This document shows positions 21,635 through 32,377 of a stretch of DNA of 64,000 nt, piece after piece. The translations under genes were made by a program, and so were the position numbers. The stretch spans positions 157,109 to 221,108 of IMG/VR virus record IMGVR_UViG_3300020147_000065. The stretch is one strand, 5' to 3'. The stretch's first letter is position 1. Every line of letters starts with the position of its first letter. Under the pieces are notes generated by a model. The model was given only the letters and a program-made list of their open reading frames with translations. It was not told where the DNA came from and did no database searches.

Positions 21635-22051
21635 ATGAGTGAAACAAACAACGTGAACATTGCTGAACTGAGCCTGAACCAAATTGCATTCTTAAAGCTC
21701 GGCCTCAAAGAAGGCGACACCGTAAAGGTTGTTGCTAAAGTGCCAGAAGGCACACACGGTTCTGATATTTACTGGGAAACGAGTATGACCCGTAAAATCG
21801 GTAAAACCCAACGAGTAGTAGGTGCGCGGAACCATAGCCGAATCGAACTCGAAGATGGGTATTACTACCCTGCCCTCGCGCTGGAAAAAGTGAAAGTTGT
21901 CAAGGAAATTCGGCTCCCTGACTACACCGCTTTAGTCAGCGAAGATGGTGTATCCGTGGGTTGCCAAAACCTCACCAAAGAAATGGTGTTGGGTATCGTA
22001 AAAGCCGCAGTGGAAACGAACTTCATTTCACAGGAGGACTTGGAGTTCTAA
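21635..22051 (+). CDS. tandem family A paralog 2
   Basis: Same motif set. Confidence 0.85.
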   Translation: MSETNNVNIAELSLNQIAFLKLGLKEGDTVKVVAKVPEGTHGSDIYWETSMTRKIGKTQRVVGARNHSRIELEDGYYYPALALEKVKVVKEIRLPDYTALVSEDGVSVGCQNLTKEMVLGIVKAAVETNFISQEDLEF

Positions 22052-22125
22052 GCCGGGAGCCGTCGAAAGACGGCGACCTGCCCCCCCCCTTGTCACTACT
22101 CAAGAATAACAGTAAAATATATTCC

Positions 22126-22545
22126 ATGAGTGATAAAGTAAAGACAATGAATGATGTGGCTTTCGAGTTTCTCAATGAGAAATTCAAAGTTGGCGACAAA
22201 GTGCGAGTCACCATGCGGGTTGACTCTGGTGTGCAGGGTAATCGAATTGACTGGCTTGAGGGAATGGAAGAGGCTCTCAATTCGGGACTTCACACTATTC
22301 TGGATACCAACGAGTCGTATGGTGCGTTCCGACTGAGTTGTGGTTACTGGTTCCCGGCGTTGGCAATCAGCTCTGATGTTGGTAAAGTCACTGTCAAACT
22401 GCCCGACTACACAGCCGAAATCACCAAAGAAAAAGTCAACGTAGGTTGTCAAGTTCTGACAAAAGAGATGATTCTCAGTATCGTAAAGGCCGCAGTGGAC
22501 ACCGGCTTTTTAAATGAGGAGGATATTGCCTCACTTAAAGGTTAA
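22126..22545 (+). CDS. tandem family A paralog 3
   Basis: Same motif set; leaderless start. Confidence 0.85.
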   Translation: MSDKVKTMNDVAFEFLNEKFKVGDKVRVTMRVDSGVQGNRIDWLEGMEEALNSGLHTILDTNESYGAFRLSCGYWFPALAISSDVGKVTVKLPDYTAEITKEKVNVGCQVLTKEMILSIVKAAVDTGFLNEEDIASLKG

Positions 22546-22624
22546 GCGGCGGGGAGCTGCCTTCAGGCAGCGACCTCTTGCCCCCCCCTTGCACTAACCA
22601 ACTAAAAACGATAGAATATATTCC

Positions 22625-23050
22625 ATGAGTGATACAACAGCAAAGACGGTTAATGATGCAGCGTTTGAGATTCTCAGCGCAACGGTCAAAGAAGGCAGCA
22701 AGGTTCGCGTAATTCTTCGTATCCCAAAAGGTATGCATGGAAGCCGCATCTCATGGGTTGACTCGATGGACGGAAACGTGGGCGTCGGTATCCACACTGT
22801 AACCGATGTAAGCCCTCGCTACGGTGCTTTCGAGTTGGACAACGAAAAGTGGTATCCTGCGGTTGCTCTTTCGGCGGACGCGGAAACCGTTCGCGTCGCG
22901 CTCCCTGACTACGAAGCAGAAATTACCAAAGATGGTATCGTAGTCGCGGGGCAGAACCTCACCAAAGAGATGGTTCTCGGCATCGTGCAGGGTGCGCTCG
23001 ACACCGGATTCCTTGATAAAGGAGATGTAGCCACTATTAAGACTTCCTAA
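22625..23050 (+). CDS. tandem family A paralog 4
   Basis: Same motif set. Confidence 0.85.
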   Translation: MSDTTAKTVNDAAFEILSATVKEGSKVRVILRIPKGMHGSRISWVDSMDGNVGVGIHTVTDVSPRYGAFELDNEKWYPAVALSADAETVRVALPDYEAEITKDGIVVAGQNLTKEMVLGIVQGALDTGFLDKGDVATIKTS

Positions 23051-23130
23051 GCAACGGGGAGCCATCCACGGGTGGCGACCTTTTGCCCCCCCCCTTGCAC
23101 CAAAATAAGATAAGCGGTATAATTTATTAC

Positions 23131-23568
23131 ATGAGCGATACACAAACAACCCCCGAACTGACCGTGAACCAAGCCGCATTTAATGTTTTAAATGCGAAAG
23201 TGACCGAAGGCGACAAGATTCGCGTCGTCCTCAAAGTGCCTATTACCGTGCATGGTAGTGATGTGAACTGGGTCGAAGAGATGGACAACACCATCAACAA
23301 AACGCTTCGCGTTCGCCGCGTTGACGCAAGCAATGGTTCTTTCTATCTCAGCAACGGCTACTGGTATCCTGCCGTGGCACTCTCCACCGAAGTAGCAAAA
23401 ATCACCGTGCCGCTGCCGGATTACACGGCGGAAATCACCAAAGAACAGGTCAACGTCGGCTGCCAGATTTTGACCAAAGAAATGATTCTCGGCATCGTGC
23501 AAGGCGCGTTGGATGTAGGGTTTCTGAGCGAAGAGGATGTGAACCGCCTCGACACCAGAGAAGTATAA
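23131..23568 (+). CDS. tandem family A paralog 5
   Basis: Same motif set. Confidence 0.85.
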   Translation: MSDTQTTPELTVNQAAFNVLNAKVTEGDKIRVVLKVPITVHGSDVNWVEEMDNTINKTLRVRRVDASNGSFYLSNGYWYPAVALSTEVAKITVPLPDYTAEITKEQVNVGCQILTKEMILGIVQGALDVGFLSEEDVNRLDTREV

Positions 23569-23642
23569 CCGGGTGGACTCTTCGGAGTCCACCCTGCCCC
23601 CCCCCCTTGCGCTGATAGAATTTAAACAGTATAATTTATTCC

Positions 23643-24059
23643 ATGAGTGAAACAAGAAAGACGGTTAATGACGCGGCGTTTGAAATCCTCAACGCACAGT
23701 TGAACATTGGTGATAGAGTTCGTATTGTCGCCAAAATTGATGAGGGTGTCCACGGCAGCAAGACTGTTTGGACATCTCGCATGAATGATAGTGTGGGTCA
23801 GTTTATGACTATTCGCGGTGTTGAACCTGAGTATGGTGCTTTTCAGTTGGATAACTATTACTGGTATCCTGCCGTGGCACTCGATACTCAGGTGCATAAA
23901 GTGACGGTTAATCTGCCGGATTATTGCGCTGAAATCACCAAAGAAGGGGTGAACGTGGGTTGTCAGAACCTCACCAAAGAAATGATTCTGCAAATCGTGC
24001 AGGGCGCGTTAGACGTGGGTTTTCTCGATGCCGAGGACATCGAAAGTCTGAAAGTATAA
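23643..24059 (+). CDS. tandem family A paralog 6
   Basis: Same motif set. Confidence 0.85.
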   Translation: MSETRKTVNDAAFEILNAQLNIGDRVRIVAKIDEGVHGSKTVWTSRMNDSVGQFMTIRGVEPEYGAFQLDNYYWYPAVALDTQVHKVTVNLPDYCAEITKEGVNVGCQNLTKEMILQIVQGALDVGFLDAEDIESLKV

Positions 24060-24136
24060 GCGGCGGGGAGCTATCGAAAGATAGCGACCTTGCCCCCCCC
24101 TTGGCAACACTCAATATAAACAGTAAAATATAAGAC

Positions 24137-24535
24137 ATGAACATGAACCAAGCAGCATTCGAGACGTTGAAGGAAACGCGCGGCATCGGTGACAAAGTGA
24201 AGGTTGTCCTGCAAGTGGACAAAGGTGTGCATGGAAACCTCTTCCGTTGGGATTCCGGTATGACCGAACAAATCGGAAAAGTCTTGACAATCAAAGAGTT
24301 CGATTCTTCGGACAACACCATCCTGCTGTCAGATAGCCGTTATTATCCCGCACTCGCTTTGATGAGCGACAACGGCCCCATTATCGTGGAATTGCCCGAT
24401 TACAAGGCAGAAATCCACGCTGACCGTGTGCAAGTTGGTTGTCAGTGCCTCACCAAACAGATGGTGTTGGACATCGTGAAGGGTGCAGTATCTGTCGGGT
24501 TTATGAGCGAATCAGATTTGGAGGGTCTGCGATAA
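24137..24535 (+). CDS. tandem family A paralog 7
   Basis: Same motif set. Confidence 0.85.
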   Translation: MNMNQAAFETLKETRGIGDKVKVVLQVDKGVHGNLFRWDSGMTEQIGKVLTIKEFDSSDNTILLSDSRYYPALALMSDNGPIIVELPDYKAEIHADRVQVGCQCLTKQMVLDIVKGAVSVGFMSESDLEGLR

Positions 24536-24612
24536 GCCCCCGCGGACTCTTCGGAGTCCGCCTTGCCCCCCCCCCTTGCACAAGGTTCAAATTAAGGGGT
24601 ATAATTTATTCC

Positions 24613-25029
24613 ATGAGCAAACAAAAGACGTTACACGACATTGCATTTGAAGAACTGGGCATCGAAGAGGGCGACTTCGCTAAAGTCGTCCTTAAAGTGG
24701 ACGAAGACGTTCACGGTAACCCGCTCCGTTGGTCGCATGGTATGGAAGAAATGTTAGGTAAGACATTTCGCGTCACCAACATTGATACCAGCGACAACAC
24801 AATCGAACTGAACAACGGCGAATGGTTCTCGGCTATTTCGCTCGAAAAGGCAACCGGCGAAATCAAGGTGCAATTACCGGATTACACCGCAGTCGTAACC
24901 AAAGAAGGCATGGAAGTTGGTTGCCAGAAACTCGACAAAGACAAGGTTTTGGAAATCGTTCAGGCTGCAATCACCACCGGTATGATTGACCGCGATGATG
25001 TCGAAGACCTCGACTATCACGACGACTAA
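24613..25029 (+). CDS. tandem family A paralog 8
   Basis: Same motif set. Confidence 0.85.
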   Translation: MSKQKTLHDIAFEELGIEEGDFAKVVLKVDEDVHGNPLRWSHGMEEMLGKTFRVTNIDTSDNTIELNNGEWFSAISLEKATGEIKVQLPDYTAVVTKEGMEVGCQKLDKDKVLEIVQAAITTGMIDRDDVEDLDYHDD

Positions 25030-25104
25030 GCGGGGTGCTGCCTTCGGGCAGCACTCTTGCCCCCCCCCCTTGCCTTGTCCCCGTGGTTGGGTTATCCTTT
25101 ACAT

Positions 25105-25398
25105 ATGTCCGACGAATATCCTTTAACAGTTAAACAAGTAAACAAACTCATGGATGATGTTTTCAATACTGAGCCGCCAGAGCTTGTTCTTGCTCGTAAA
25201 CTTAAAGAAGCCGGTTTTACTGAGCATCAAGTATGGAGAATGTTTATTGCTCGTAATGATGAGCCGAAACCTTATGCCCCACACTTTGCAAGCTATATAA
25301 GTTCAAATGAAGCAATTCGTTTGAGAGTTTATAATTTTTTTCGTGACTTCGAACGTGGTGGAGTGTGTCGGCGGATAGATACCGGATTAATCAGTTAA
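25105..25398 (+). CDS. hypothetical protein
   Basis: Leaderless module. Confidence 0.65.
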   Translation: MSDEYPLTVKQVNKLMDDVFNTEPPELVLARKLKEAGFTEHQVWRMFIARNDEPKPYAPHFASYISSNEAIRLRVYNFFRDFERGGVCRRIDTGLIS

Positions 25399-25451
25399 TC
25401 CGGTTGCCCCCCCCCCTTGCATCGGTTAAATCTCTGAGTTATCCTTTATAT

Positions 25452-25961
25452 ATGATAACCGAACGCATCAACCATTCAGATATTGATTCTCGCCATGCTA
25501 ACGACTTCATTAACGCATGGTATAATGAAGTTGCCAAACGCGGCGAAATTTACGCCACAAACGCTGAAATTTTAGCGAAAGAAACCGCACTCGATTTGTT
25601 GTCAAAGGGTGCCGGTGAAATTGTTTACGGGCGCAAAAAGGACGATTTGTTGCGCGTTAACGATAAGGGTTTAATTCCCGAAAACAAAAAGTTGTTTTTT
25701 AAAGCCGTTGTCGGCTATGCTTATTTGTGGGGTATTGCTCTTAGTGTTGAAATATCGGAGCAGCTACCCACGGGCGCTAAAATCGAATATATTGCCGATG
25801 ACCTATGCCCCCATAAAGACCGGCAAGTGACGCAAGAATTTCAATGGAAATATCGCAAGCGTAGCGACGATGAAGAAATCGAAAAAGAGGCCGAAGCCGA
25901 CACACAAGACGAAGAAACGGCAGAAGTCGAACCCTGCCCCGCTGGGGAGGTGATCGAATAG
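25452..25961 (+). CDS. hypothetical protein with acidic tail
   Basis: Leaderless module. Confidence 0.7.
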   Translation: MITERINHSDIDSRHANDFINAWYNEVAKRGEIYATNAEILAKETALDLLSKGAGEIVYGRKKDDLLRVNDKGLIPENKKLFFKAVVGYAYLWGIALSVEISEQLPTGAKIEYIADDLCPHKDRQVTQEFQWKYRKRSDDEEIEKEAEADTQDEETAEVEPCPAGEVIE

Positions 25962-26014
25962 GGCGATTGCCCCCCCCCTTGGCAACTCATGAAAAAGGGA
26001 GTAAAATATTTAAC

Positions 26015-26293
26015 ATGAATCAAGAACATCAACAAATCGTTGTTTCTGCCGCTGAAAAACTCAATAAAATGGCGGGTATTGTTGGTGCAAGCACCATCCC
26101 ATTTCATCCTGCACTCAATGAAGATGAAGTGAACGACATTCTCAATGAGGCTCAAGCGTTCGGCTTGACTGCCGAACGCACTGATTTTCTGAATGACCAC
26201 GAGGGTCAGGACTTCACCAACATCACCTTTGAACTCGCCAACCGGCAGGGTGCCCATATGCTGGATGCTCTGCGTGGAGCCTCTCCTGTATAA
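26015..26293 (+). CDS. hypothetical protein
   Basis: Leaderless module. Confidence 0.7.
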   Translation: MNQEHQQIVVSAAEKLNKMAGIVGASTIPFHPALNEDEVNDILNEAQAFGLTAERTDFLNDHEGQDFTNITFELANRQGAHMLDALRGASPV

Positions 26294-26634
26294 GGAGAGT
26301 TTGCCCCCCCCTTGTAATACTCATAGAAATTGCGTATAATTTATTACATGACAAGCAACGGAATCATGAATCAGTTGGGCAAGTGCTACCGCGCCGTTTT
26401 CAATGGCAACGACAATTCTGCAACGTGGGCGAAAATTCATCGCCTCACCCGCCGTCACGAACGGGCGCTCGAAAAAGAGGCCGAGTCTGCGGAGCCTCAA
26501 ATCGAGGGAGCAGCCGAAGTAGACAATTAGTTGCTCTCTTGCTCATGCACCTCCGGCCACTACCTCAGTTTCGACTGGGGTAGTGTGCTGCCCCCCCCTT
26601 GTTCTATATTTGTTTGCTTGATATAATTATTATC

Positions 26635-27435
26635 ATGCTCTTAGAAAAAGAACAACCAAAACCAAAACCAAAGAAAAAGGTGCCGTCAAACTGTTATGAA
26701 GTTGTCATAACGGCCAACCACGGGGACGCAGACCATAGCGAAGAGAGAACAATTCGTATCCCTGACAGCCGCGAAGACCTCCTGAAGATGCTCTTGCATG
26801 ACATTGATGTAACAGAGCGTTATTATTCACATGACAATTTTGAAGAATCACCGTTTATGCGGAAATGGTGTGAAGACGGCGACGACGAATCTATCGTCAA
26901 TGAATGTCGAGAAATCAGCTTTACAGATTGGCCGCGCGACATCACTGCCGACCGGCAATTCCCCTGCACATTCTATTTTGGCCCTGATGTTTATTATTAT
27001 GATGAACAGGGTGAGCGTTTACACGTTACTGTAACTTATTCTGACGAAGAAAAAGCGACAGAAGAAGAGCGGTTAAAAGGGACGTGGGAAAAAACAAAGG
27101 CCGCAGTTATCGCAGAAGAAAAGGCCGAACGTGCCAATAAATCAGAGCAGAGATGCGCGGTTTGTGGGCAAACTCAGTGGTCGTATGGTGGGCCGCGCAA
27201 AACCTGTTCGAGTTGCGGTAGTGAACTGCTTTACACTCAGCGTCTTTTTGATGCTGACGGCGAAACGATTACTGATAATGACAATCCTTATCAGTCAATC
27301 GAAGACCTCCGCACTAAAATTCTGCCGGAATTGGATAAGTTGCGCGAAAACGACAATTCTCGCTATTTTCAGCGGTGGTGGTTCATAAACCGAAAAGTTG
27401 AGAACCACGACAAAGGTTTACCGGAAGACGCTTAG
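26635..27435 (+). CDS. hypothetical protein with Zn ribbon
   Basis: CAVC...CSSCG. Confidence 0.75.
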   Translation: MLLEKEQPKPKPKKKVPSNCYEVVITANHGDADHSEERTIRIPDSREDLLKMLLHDIDVTERYYSHDNFEESPFMRKWCEDGDDESIVNECREISFTDWPRDITADRQFPCTFYFGPDVYYYDEQGERLHVTVTYSDEEKATEEERLKGTWEKTKAAVIAEEKAERANKSEQRCAVCGQTQWSYGGPRKTCSSCGSELLYTQRLFDADGETITDNDNPYQSIEDLRTKILPELDKLRENDNSRYFQRWWFINRKVENHDKGLPEDA

Positions 27436-27493
27436 GCGTCTTCCTTGCCCCCCCCCTTGCGAACTTTCCCCGTGGTTGGTTAAAATCTATAAC

Positions 27494-28150
27494 ATGAATC
27501 GAGATTACCCACCGGCACCATATCGTTGCGAAATTGTTTGTTCTGATGATTTGCGCGTATCTGCTGAACTTGATAAAACTACAATCAATATCAGCTATCG
27601 TTTACATCACATCGCAACATATGAAAATGGGAGCCGTGATTTTTCTTTTATTCGCCGTGTGCCTACAATCGGTGAATTTATTGATATTATCCACGAATAC
27701 CCTTGCGAGTTACGAGATGATATTAACGACGGAAAACTCGCATCTCATGTGTTAGGTGGAATCTTTATATTTGAGAATCCACAAACTAAAGATTCTTTTG
27801 TATCATTCGCTCCCCTCAATGCCGAGACACTATATGAGCAAACAGCTAATGCTGTTCATTATGCTTCATTTGGTAGTGTAATTGAAGGTGAAGCTAATCG
27901 CGCATGGCGAGATAAGTTTGTGCAAGTAGCTGTCCTCGATCATAACGGCAACGGTTATAGCGTGTTAAGTAATAATCCTTTAGTTCCCGATGTTTGGTTT
28001 AATTCGGTTCGCCGCCGAACATTAAATCGCGCTGAGGCCGAAGAGCGTGTTCGCCGCATCTGTGCTGATAATCGTGATGTAGTTGTGCGCTGGTGCCCAA
28101 CTAATAACCTGCCACCGGACTGGTGTAATGAGCGCACGAAGATTATATAA
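27494..28150 (+). CDS. hypothetical protein
   Basis: Leaderless module. Confidence 0.75.
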   Translation: MNRDYPPAPYRCEIVCSDDLRVSAELDKTTINISYRLHHIATYENGSRDFSFIRRVPTIGEFIDIIHEYPCELRDDINDGKLASHVLGGIFIFENPQTKDSFVSFAPLNAETLYEQTANAVHYASFGSVIEGEANRAWRDKFVQVAVLDHNGNGYSVLSNNPLVPDVWFNSVRRRTLNRAEAEERVRRICADNRDVVVRWCPTNNLPPDWCNERTKII

Positions 28151-28641
28151 TCTTCGTGTTGCCCCCCCCCTTGCACCACCTAAACAACGGAGTTAAAATC
28201 TTTAGTGAAAGGAACAGACATGGCATCTGACATCACCAAAGAACAAAAACGGGCATATCGGCAAATGGGGCGCGAAGATGGACGCGCAGGGCGTTCCGCC
28301 TCAGAGTTCCACAACACACCACACGAATTGGTTCAAGCGTATAACTCCGGTCATAAATCCGGTAAACGCACACTGGAAAACGAAAAGGCACAGCGCGACT
28401 ATGAATTAAGCAAGTGGTAACGCCTTGACAGCACCTCTTAAACCTGTTATAATAAGAGTATGATATTCTTATGGGTAGGGGTGCTTTTCTTGGCTCCATT
28501 GTTTTGCATGGGGAATAAGACTGCCCTCGGTGTAATTTACGGTGCATTTGCCTTGTGGTTATTGTATAATGGAGTATGCTAACCACGGGGCAGGTGCCCC
28601 CCCCCCTTGATTAATGTAAAACAATTGATTAAAATAAAAGT

Positions 28642-29079
28642 ATGATTTCAGAAAAAGCGCGAGTGCTGAATTTACTTTTAGAACGTAATGAGGTATCAAA
28701 AATTGACTTTGAATTAGGTGGAGAAATCATTATAACTCTTTCCCCTAAGCTTACAAAGTTACAAGAACACAAAAAGATGCGAGAAAAGAAATATTCTGAA
28801 TCAGAAATTGGTGCATCGGTGGACGAGCGTGTTCGAGAAGTTTTATTGAAAGATAAACCAATGACTATACCTGAGATAACAGCAGCAGTAGGCTGCTGTT
28901 ATCAGAGGGCAAAAACCGCAATAGATGCGGCAACAATACACGGTGTTATTAATATCGTTGAATGTCGCACTGGTGAATTAAGAGGAAAACTCCCTCATCT
29001 TCATCAAATTACCGAAGACGGAAAGAAAAAATTAAACGAGGAAAGGTGGTGGATTTACCTCAAGAAACCTAAAAATTAG
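28642..29079 (+). CDS. putative winged-helix DNA-binding protein
   Basis: PMTIPEITAAVG...HQITEDGKKKL pattern. Confidence 0.55.
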   Translation: MISEKARVLNLLLERNEVSKIDFELGGEIIITLSPKLTKLQEHKKMREKKYSESEIGASVDERVREVLLKDKPMTIPEITAAVGCCYQRAKTAIDAATIHGVINIVECRTGELRGKLPHLHQITEDGKKKLNEERWWIYLKKPKN

Positions 29080-29132
29080 GTTTCTTGCCCCCCCCCTTGC
29101 ACGACCATAATAAAAGAGGTAGAATAATTACT

Positions 29133-29396
29133 ATGAATCCATTCAACACACGACTGTTCAGCGCAACCCGCGAGAAAATCAACGAATTTCTCTATGCTCG
29201 GCTATCGAATCCCGAAAATCCGAATAACGGCGAAGAAACACATCGTTACCACGGAAGCACCTTAAAACAGCGCAAGCGTCGCCTGTCTCACACAAATCCG
29301 GCATCGCATCACTATGCGAACTACACGAAGCGCAAGCGTCGCCAGAAACACGCGCGTAAGATGTTGGCAAAGCAACGCGCGGCGGCTGTTGCATAA
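29133..29396 (+). CDS. basic hypothetical protein
   Basis: Leaderless; K/R-rich. Confidence 0.6.
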   Translation: MNPFNTRLFSATREKINEFLYARLSNPENPNNGEETHRYHGSTLKQRKRRLSHTNPASHHYANYTKRKRRQKHARKMLAKQRAAAVA

Positions 29397-29468
29397 GTTC
29401 GCTCTCCGCTCCGGCGGAGAGCTTGCCCCCCCCTTGCATCCTTATAACTTCTGAGTTATATTTTAAGT

Positions 29469-30275
29469 ATGCAATTCAGAATCCTTGACCCTCAAACGGA
29501 CGGCGGCGGAGTCCTTCACATAACAGCGACCGGCACAGAAGAAATAAAGGCCGTGTTTGGTGTTTTTCATTGGCGGGACGAATCAACGGAAACCCTTAAA
29601 GCGCGTGTCACCGCTTTAGAATCCGGCCAATATAGCCTGATTTGCAACGATAAACGGAAATGGTATCGCAATGAAGTCGAATTGTCTGCCGATTGGGTTA
29701 GCCCATATATCGAAGAGTTGCAAAAACGAACGGGCTACAGTGGCGAACTTCCCGAACTCGATTTAATTGATTGTGTAAAGCGTATAACGCACACACATTT
29801 AATCGAATCTGTAAAACTCACAGACGGTAAATTGTCTGCGGTGATTTATGTAAAATCAGAAGATTACGCCGGTAAACCGGCTGTTGACCGTTCGCGCTGG
29901 TATTCGCGGGAATGTCTCGGAAACGACTTCGGGGCAACGCCTGTGCATAGTGAATATATCGAAACGAGCGCCGGAAACTACCGTAAAAATCCAGCGTGGG
30001 GACACTACCACAAACCGCGCCCCGCTTTAGCTAACGCGGCATTTTTCAACAAATTGTTTAAGTGGTGGCGGGATAACCACGCAACCGACTTACAAAAAGA
30101 CTTATTAGAACGCGGCCTAAAATATGGCCTCTATTCTAATAACTGGTTAATGACACAGGGGCACCAACAATGCGTGGATTTAGGGCACGGCGGTTTCCGA
30201 ATCACACCGAACGGCAACGGGCCTGACAGCTATAAATTTATGAGTTGGGAACAGTTCCGCGCGGTGGCTACGTAG
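29469..30275 (+). CDS. hypothetical protein
   Basis: 268-aa ORF. Confidence 0.8.
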   Translation: MQFRILDPQTDGGGVLHITATGTEEIKAVFGVFHWRDESTETLKARVTALESGQYSLICNDKRKWYRNEVELSADWVSPYIEELQKRTGYSGELPELDLIDCVKRITHTHLIESVKLTDGKLSAVIYVKSEDYAGKPAVDRSRWYSRECLGNDFGATPVHSEYIETSAGNYRKNPAWGHYHKPRPALANAAFFNKLFKWWRDNHATDLQKDLLERGLKYGLYSNNWLMTQGHQQCVDLGHGGFRITPNGNGPDSYKFMSWEQFRAVAT

Positions 30276-30329
30276 CCACCGCTTGCCCCCCCCTTGCAGA
30301 GATTAAACTAATTTGCGATAATATATTAC

Positions 30330-30917
30330 ATGAAATGGATTAAAGAGAAGTGGAAAGCCTTCCTCGCCCTGCTTAACGGTCAAGTTCACCGTTACCCCAA
30401 TGCCGACGCTCCCGCCAACATGGAAAAGAGCGACACCTGCCCTGCCGCAACTCTTGGTTGTAATTCGCGCGACTATGTAAGCGGCAAATCTTATCCGCCG
30501 CGTGGTAGTGTGGCCCGTTCTGCTGCCGAAAAGAAACCTCTACCACCTGAGCGCAAATTAAGTCAGACACCATACAGCGGTTATGTGGTTGATTCCGCGC
30601 CTCTCTCAATACCTTTCGTGCCTGAACCGACCTTTCAGCCATATCTTGACCCCATTGGCACCGAAAAGCTGTTGGAGGAAATTGATAAGATAATCTATCA
30701 GCCGACTGATTCAACTGCTGATGAAATGCGGGATAGTTATTCGCCACCCACGGTGGAAATACCGACTTATTCGGCTCCCGAACCTGTTTCGACACCAACT
30801 TTTGAATCCAGAAGCAGCGATTTTGGAGGCGGCGAATCCGGTGGAGGCGGAGCATCTGCTACATGGGACAGTTCACCTTCGGATAGTGGATCATGTGACA
30901 CTTCATCGAGTGACTAA
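30330..30917 (+). CDS. low-complexity protein with FGGGESGGGGAS..W tail
   Basis: Ser/Pro/Gly-rich ORF. Confidence 0.7.
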   Translation: MKWIKEKWKAFLALLNGQVHRYPNADAPANMEKSDTCPAATLGCNSRDYVSGKSYPPRGSVARSAAEKKPLPPERKLSQTPYSGYVVDSAPLSIPFVPEPTFQPYLDPIGTEKLLEEIDKIIYQPTDSTADEMRDSYSPPTVEIPTYSAPEPVSTPTFESRSSDFGGGESGGGGASATWDSSPSDSGSCDTSSSD

Positions 30918-30985
30918 CCGGTTTCCCTTCGGGGAAACCTGCCCCCCCCCTTGCTAAACAACATAATTAACAGTAAAATATAAGC

Positions 30986-31714
30986 ATGACTTCAATTCAG
31001 GAGCCACGTTATCTGCTCGGCATTGACCATAATCAAAAAACGATTAAGGGACAATCGCTCGGCTATCTTACTGGCATAATGTATATGGCACCTCATAGAG
31101 TGGCCGGGATTGGCAACGTCTGCCCGTTCGCTTCTACTGGTTGCGCGGCGGCTTGCCTTAATACTGCGGGGCGTGGAGTGTATAAAAAAGCACAGGACGC
31201 CCGAATTTTACGCACTCAGTTTTTCTATTCAAACCGTATTGCATTTTTAGAAAAACTCTATAAAGAAATTTCCGCGCTGATTCGTAAAGCAGAACGGGAC
31301 GAATTAACCCCAGTGGTTAGATTAAATGGCACTTCCGACCTCCCATTTGAGAATCTACCATTACGCGGCAAATCTCTAATAGAACACTTCCCAAACACAC
31401 AATTTTACGACTACACGAAAAACCCCCATCGTGCCGAAAAGTTTGCCAATGGAGAAATGCCCGACAATTACCATTTGACATTTTCACGCTCGGAATCAAA
31501 CGATAAACACGTCACAAAACTATTAGGGCGTGTTAATGTTGCTGTAGTGTTTGGTGGAACGATGCCGGAAAGTTGGCGGGGTGTGCCGGTTGTCAGTGGT
31601 GATAAAAACGACCTCAGATTTTTAGACGGCTCCGGTGTGGTAGTCGGCTTAAAAGCTAAGGGAAAGGGTAAGCGTGATAAATCCGGCTTTGTTATATATC
31701 CGCCGTCACCGTAA
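30986..31714 (+). CDS. GP88-like phage protein (CxxxxxxCxxxC), copy 1
   Basis: VCPFASTGCAAACL, RLNGTSD, FYDYTK, DLRFLD. Confidence 0.8.
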   Translation: MTSIQEPRYLLGIDHNQKTIKGQSLGYLTGIMYMAPHRVAGIGNVCPFASTGCAAACLNTAGRGVYKKAQDARILRTQFFYSNRIAFLEKLYKEISALIRKAERDELTPVVRLNGTSDLPFENLPLRGKSLIEHFPNTQFYDYTKNPHRAEKFANGEMPDNYHLTFSRSESNDKHVTKLLGRVNVAVVFGGTMPESWRGVPVVSGDKNDLRFLDGSGVVVGLKAKGKGKRDKSGFVIYPPSP

Positions 31715-31979
31715 GGTGACGGCTGCCCCCCCCCCTTGCGCTGATTAAATAAATGAAGGATAATAGATATATGCCAAATCAAGAGACGTTAGATTTACTT
31801 TATGAAGCACAACAGGCGATATTCAAAGCCGAACGTGCCATTGCCAAAGAAGAAAATCAGCGGGTTAATGAACCGATGTATAAAATGCGTATTGATTTAG
31901 CAGAAGTCATGCGCGTTTACATGGCTAATCAGCCAGTTTGCACACACGTCTTAGTTCGTGATTCAGTGGGGAAAAGATA

Positions 31980-32330
31980 ATGCCTAACGTAGAAGTAGAA
32001 GTCACTTCAGGGCGTGTAAGAATCGAGATGAAAAGTTATTCGCTCTTTTCAGACTATGCGGTTCTTTATGTTGACAATCAAAGATGTGGCTGGGGTGATA
32101 CAATCAGCACAGATAGGCGCGACCAATCTACTATTGAGAGAATGATTCGTATTGCTCTTGGTAGATATGAAGTTGACGTTGATCGCGCTTATTTAGATGA
32201 ACACGCTATCCCCGCTTATTATCATGCGTGGGATATGTTACAAGAAGCAAAAAAGAGAAAAGCTAAAAAATTAGCTGTTCCGCCACCTGATAACTTACCG
32301 CGCTGGGCATTACGTCTGTATAAGAGGTAA
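31980..32330 (+). CDS. hypothetical protein
   Basis: TAATG coupling to 31771..31980. Confidence 0.65.
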   Translation: MPNVEVEVTSGRVRIEMKSYSLFSDYAVLYVDNQRCGWGDTISTDRRDQSTIERMIRIALGRYEVDVDRAYLDEHAIPAYYHAWDMLQEAKKRKAKKLAVPPPDNLPRWALRLYKR

Positions 32331-32377
32331 CTGCCCCCCCCTTGTCATGATTAAACTTTAACGGTATAATTTATTAC

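Noticed and set aside
20760-25029. Diversity-generating retroelement behind the paralog array
   Set aside because: No reverse transcriptase and no TR/VR pair with adenine-specific differences; divergence is spread across all positions.
13783-29135. Shared N-terminal MPPPL/CPPP peptide in many track ORFs
   Set aside because: Artefact of translating TTG-C(n)-TTG promoter DNA; the real starts are the downstream leaderless ATGs.
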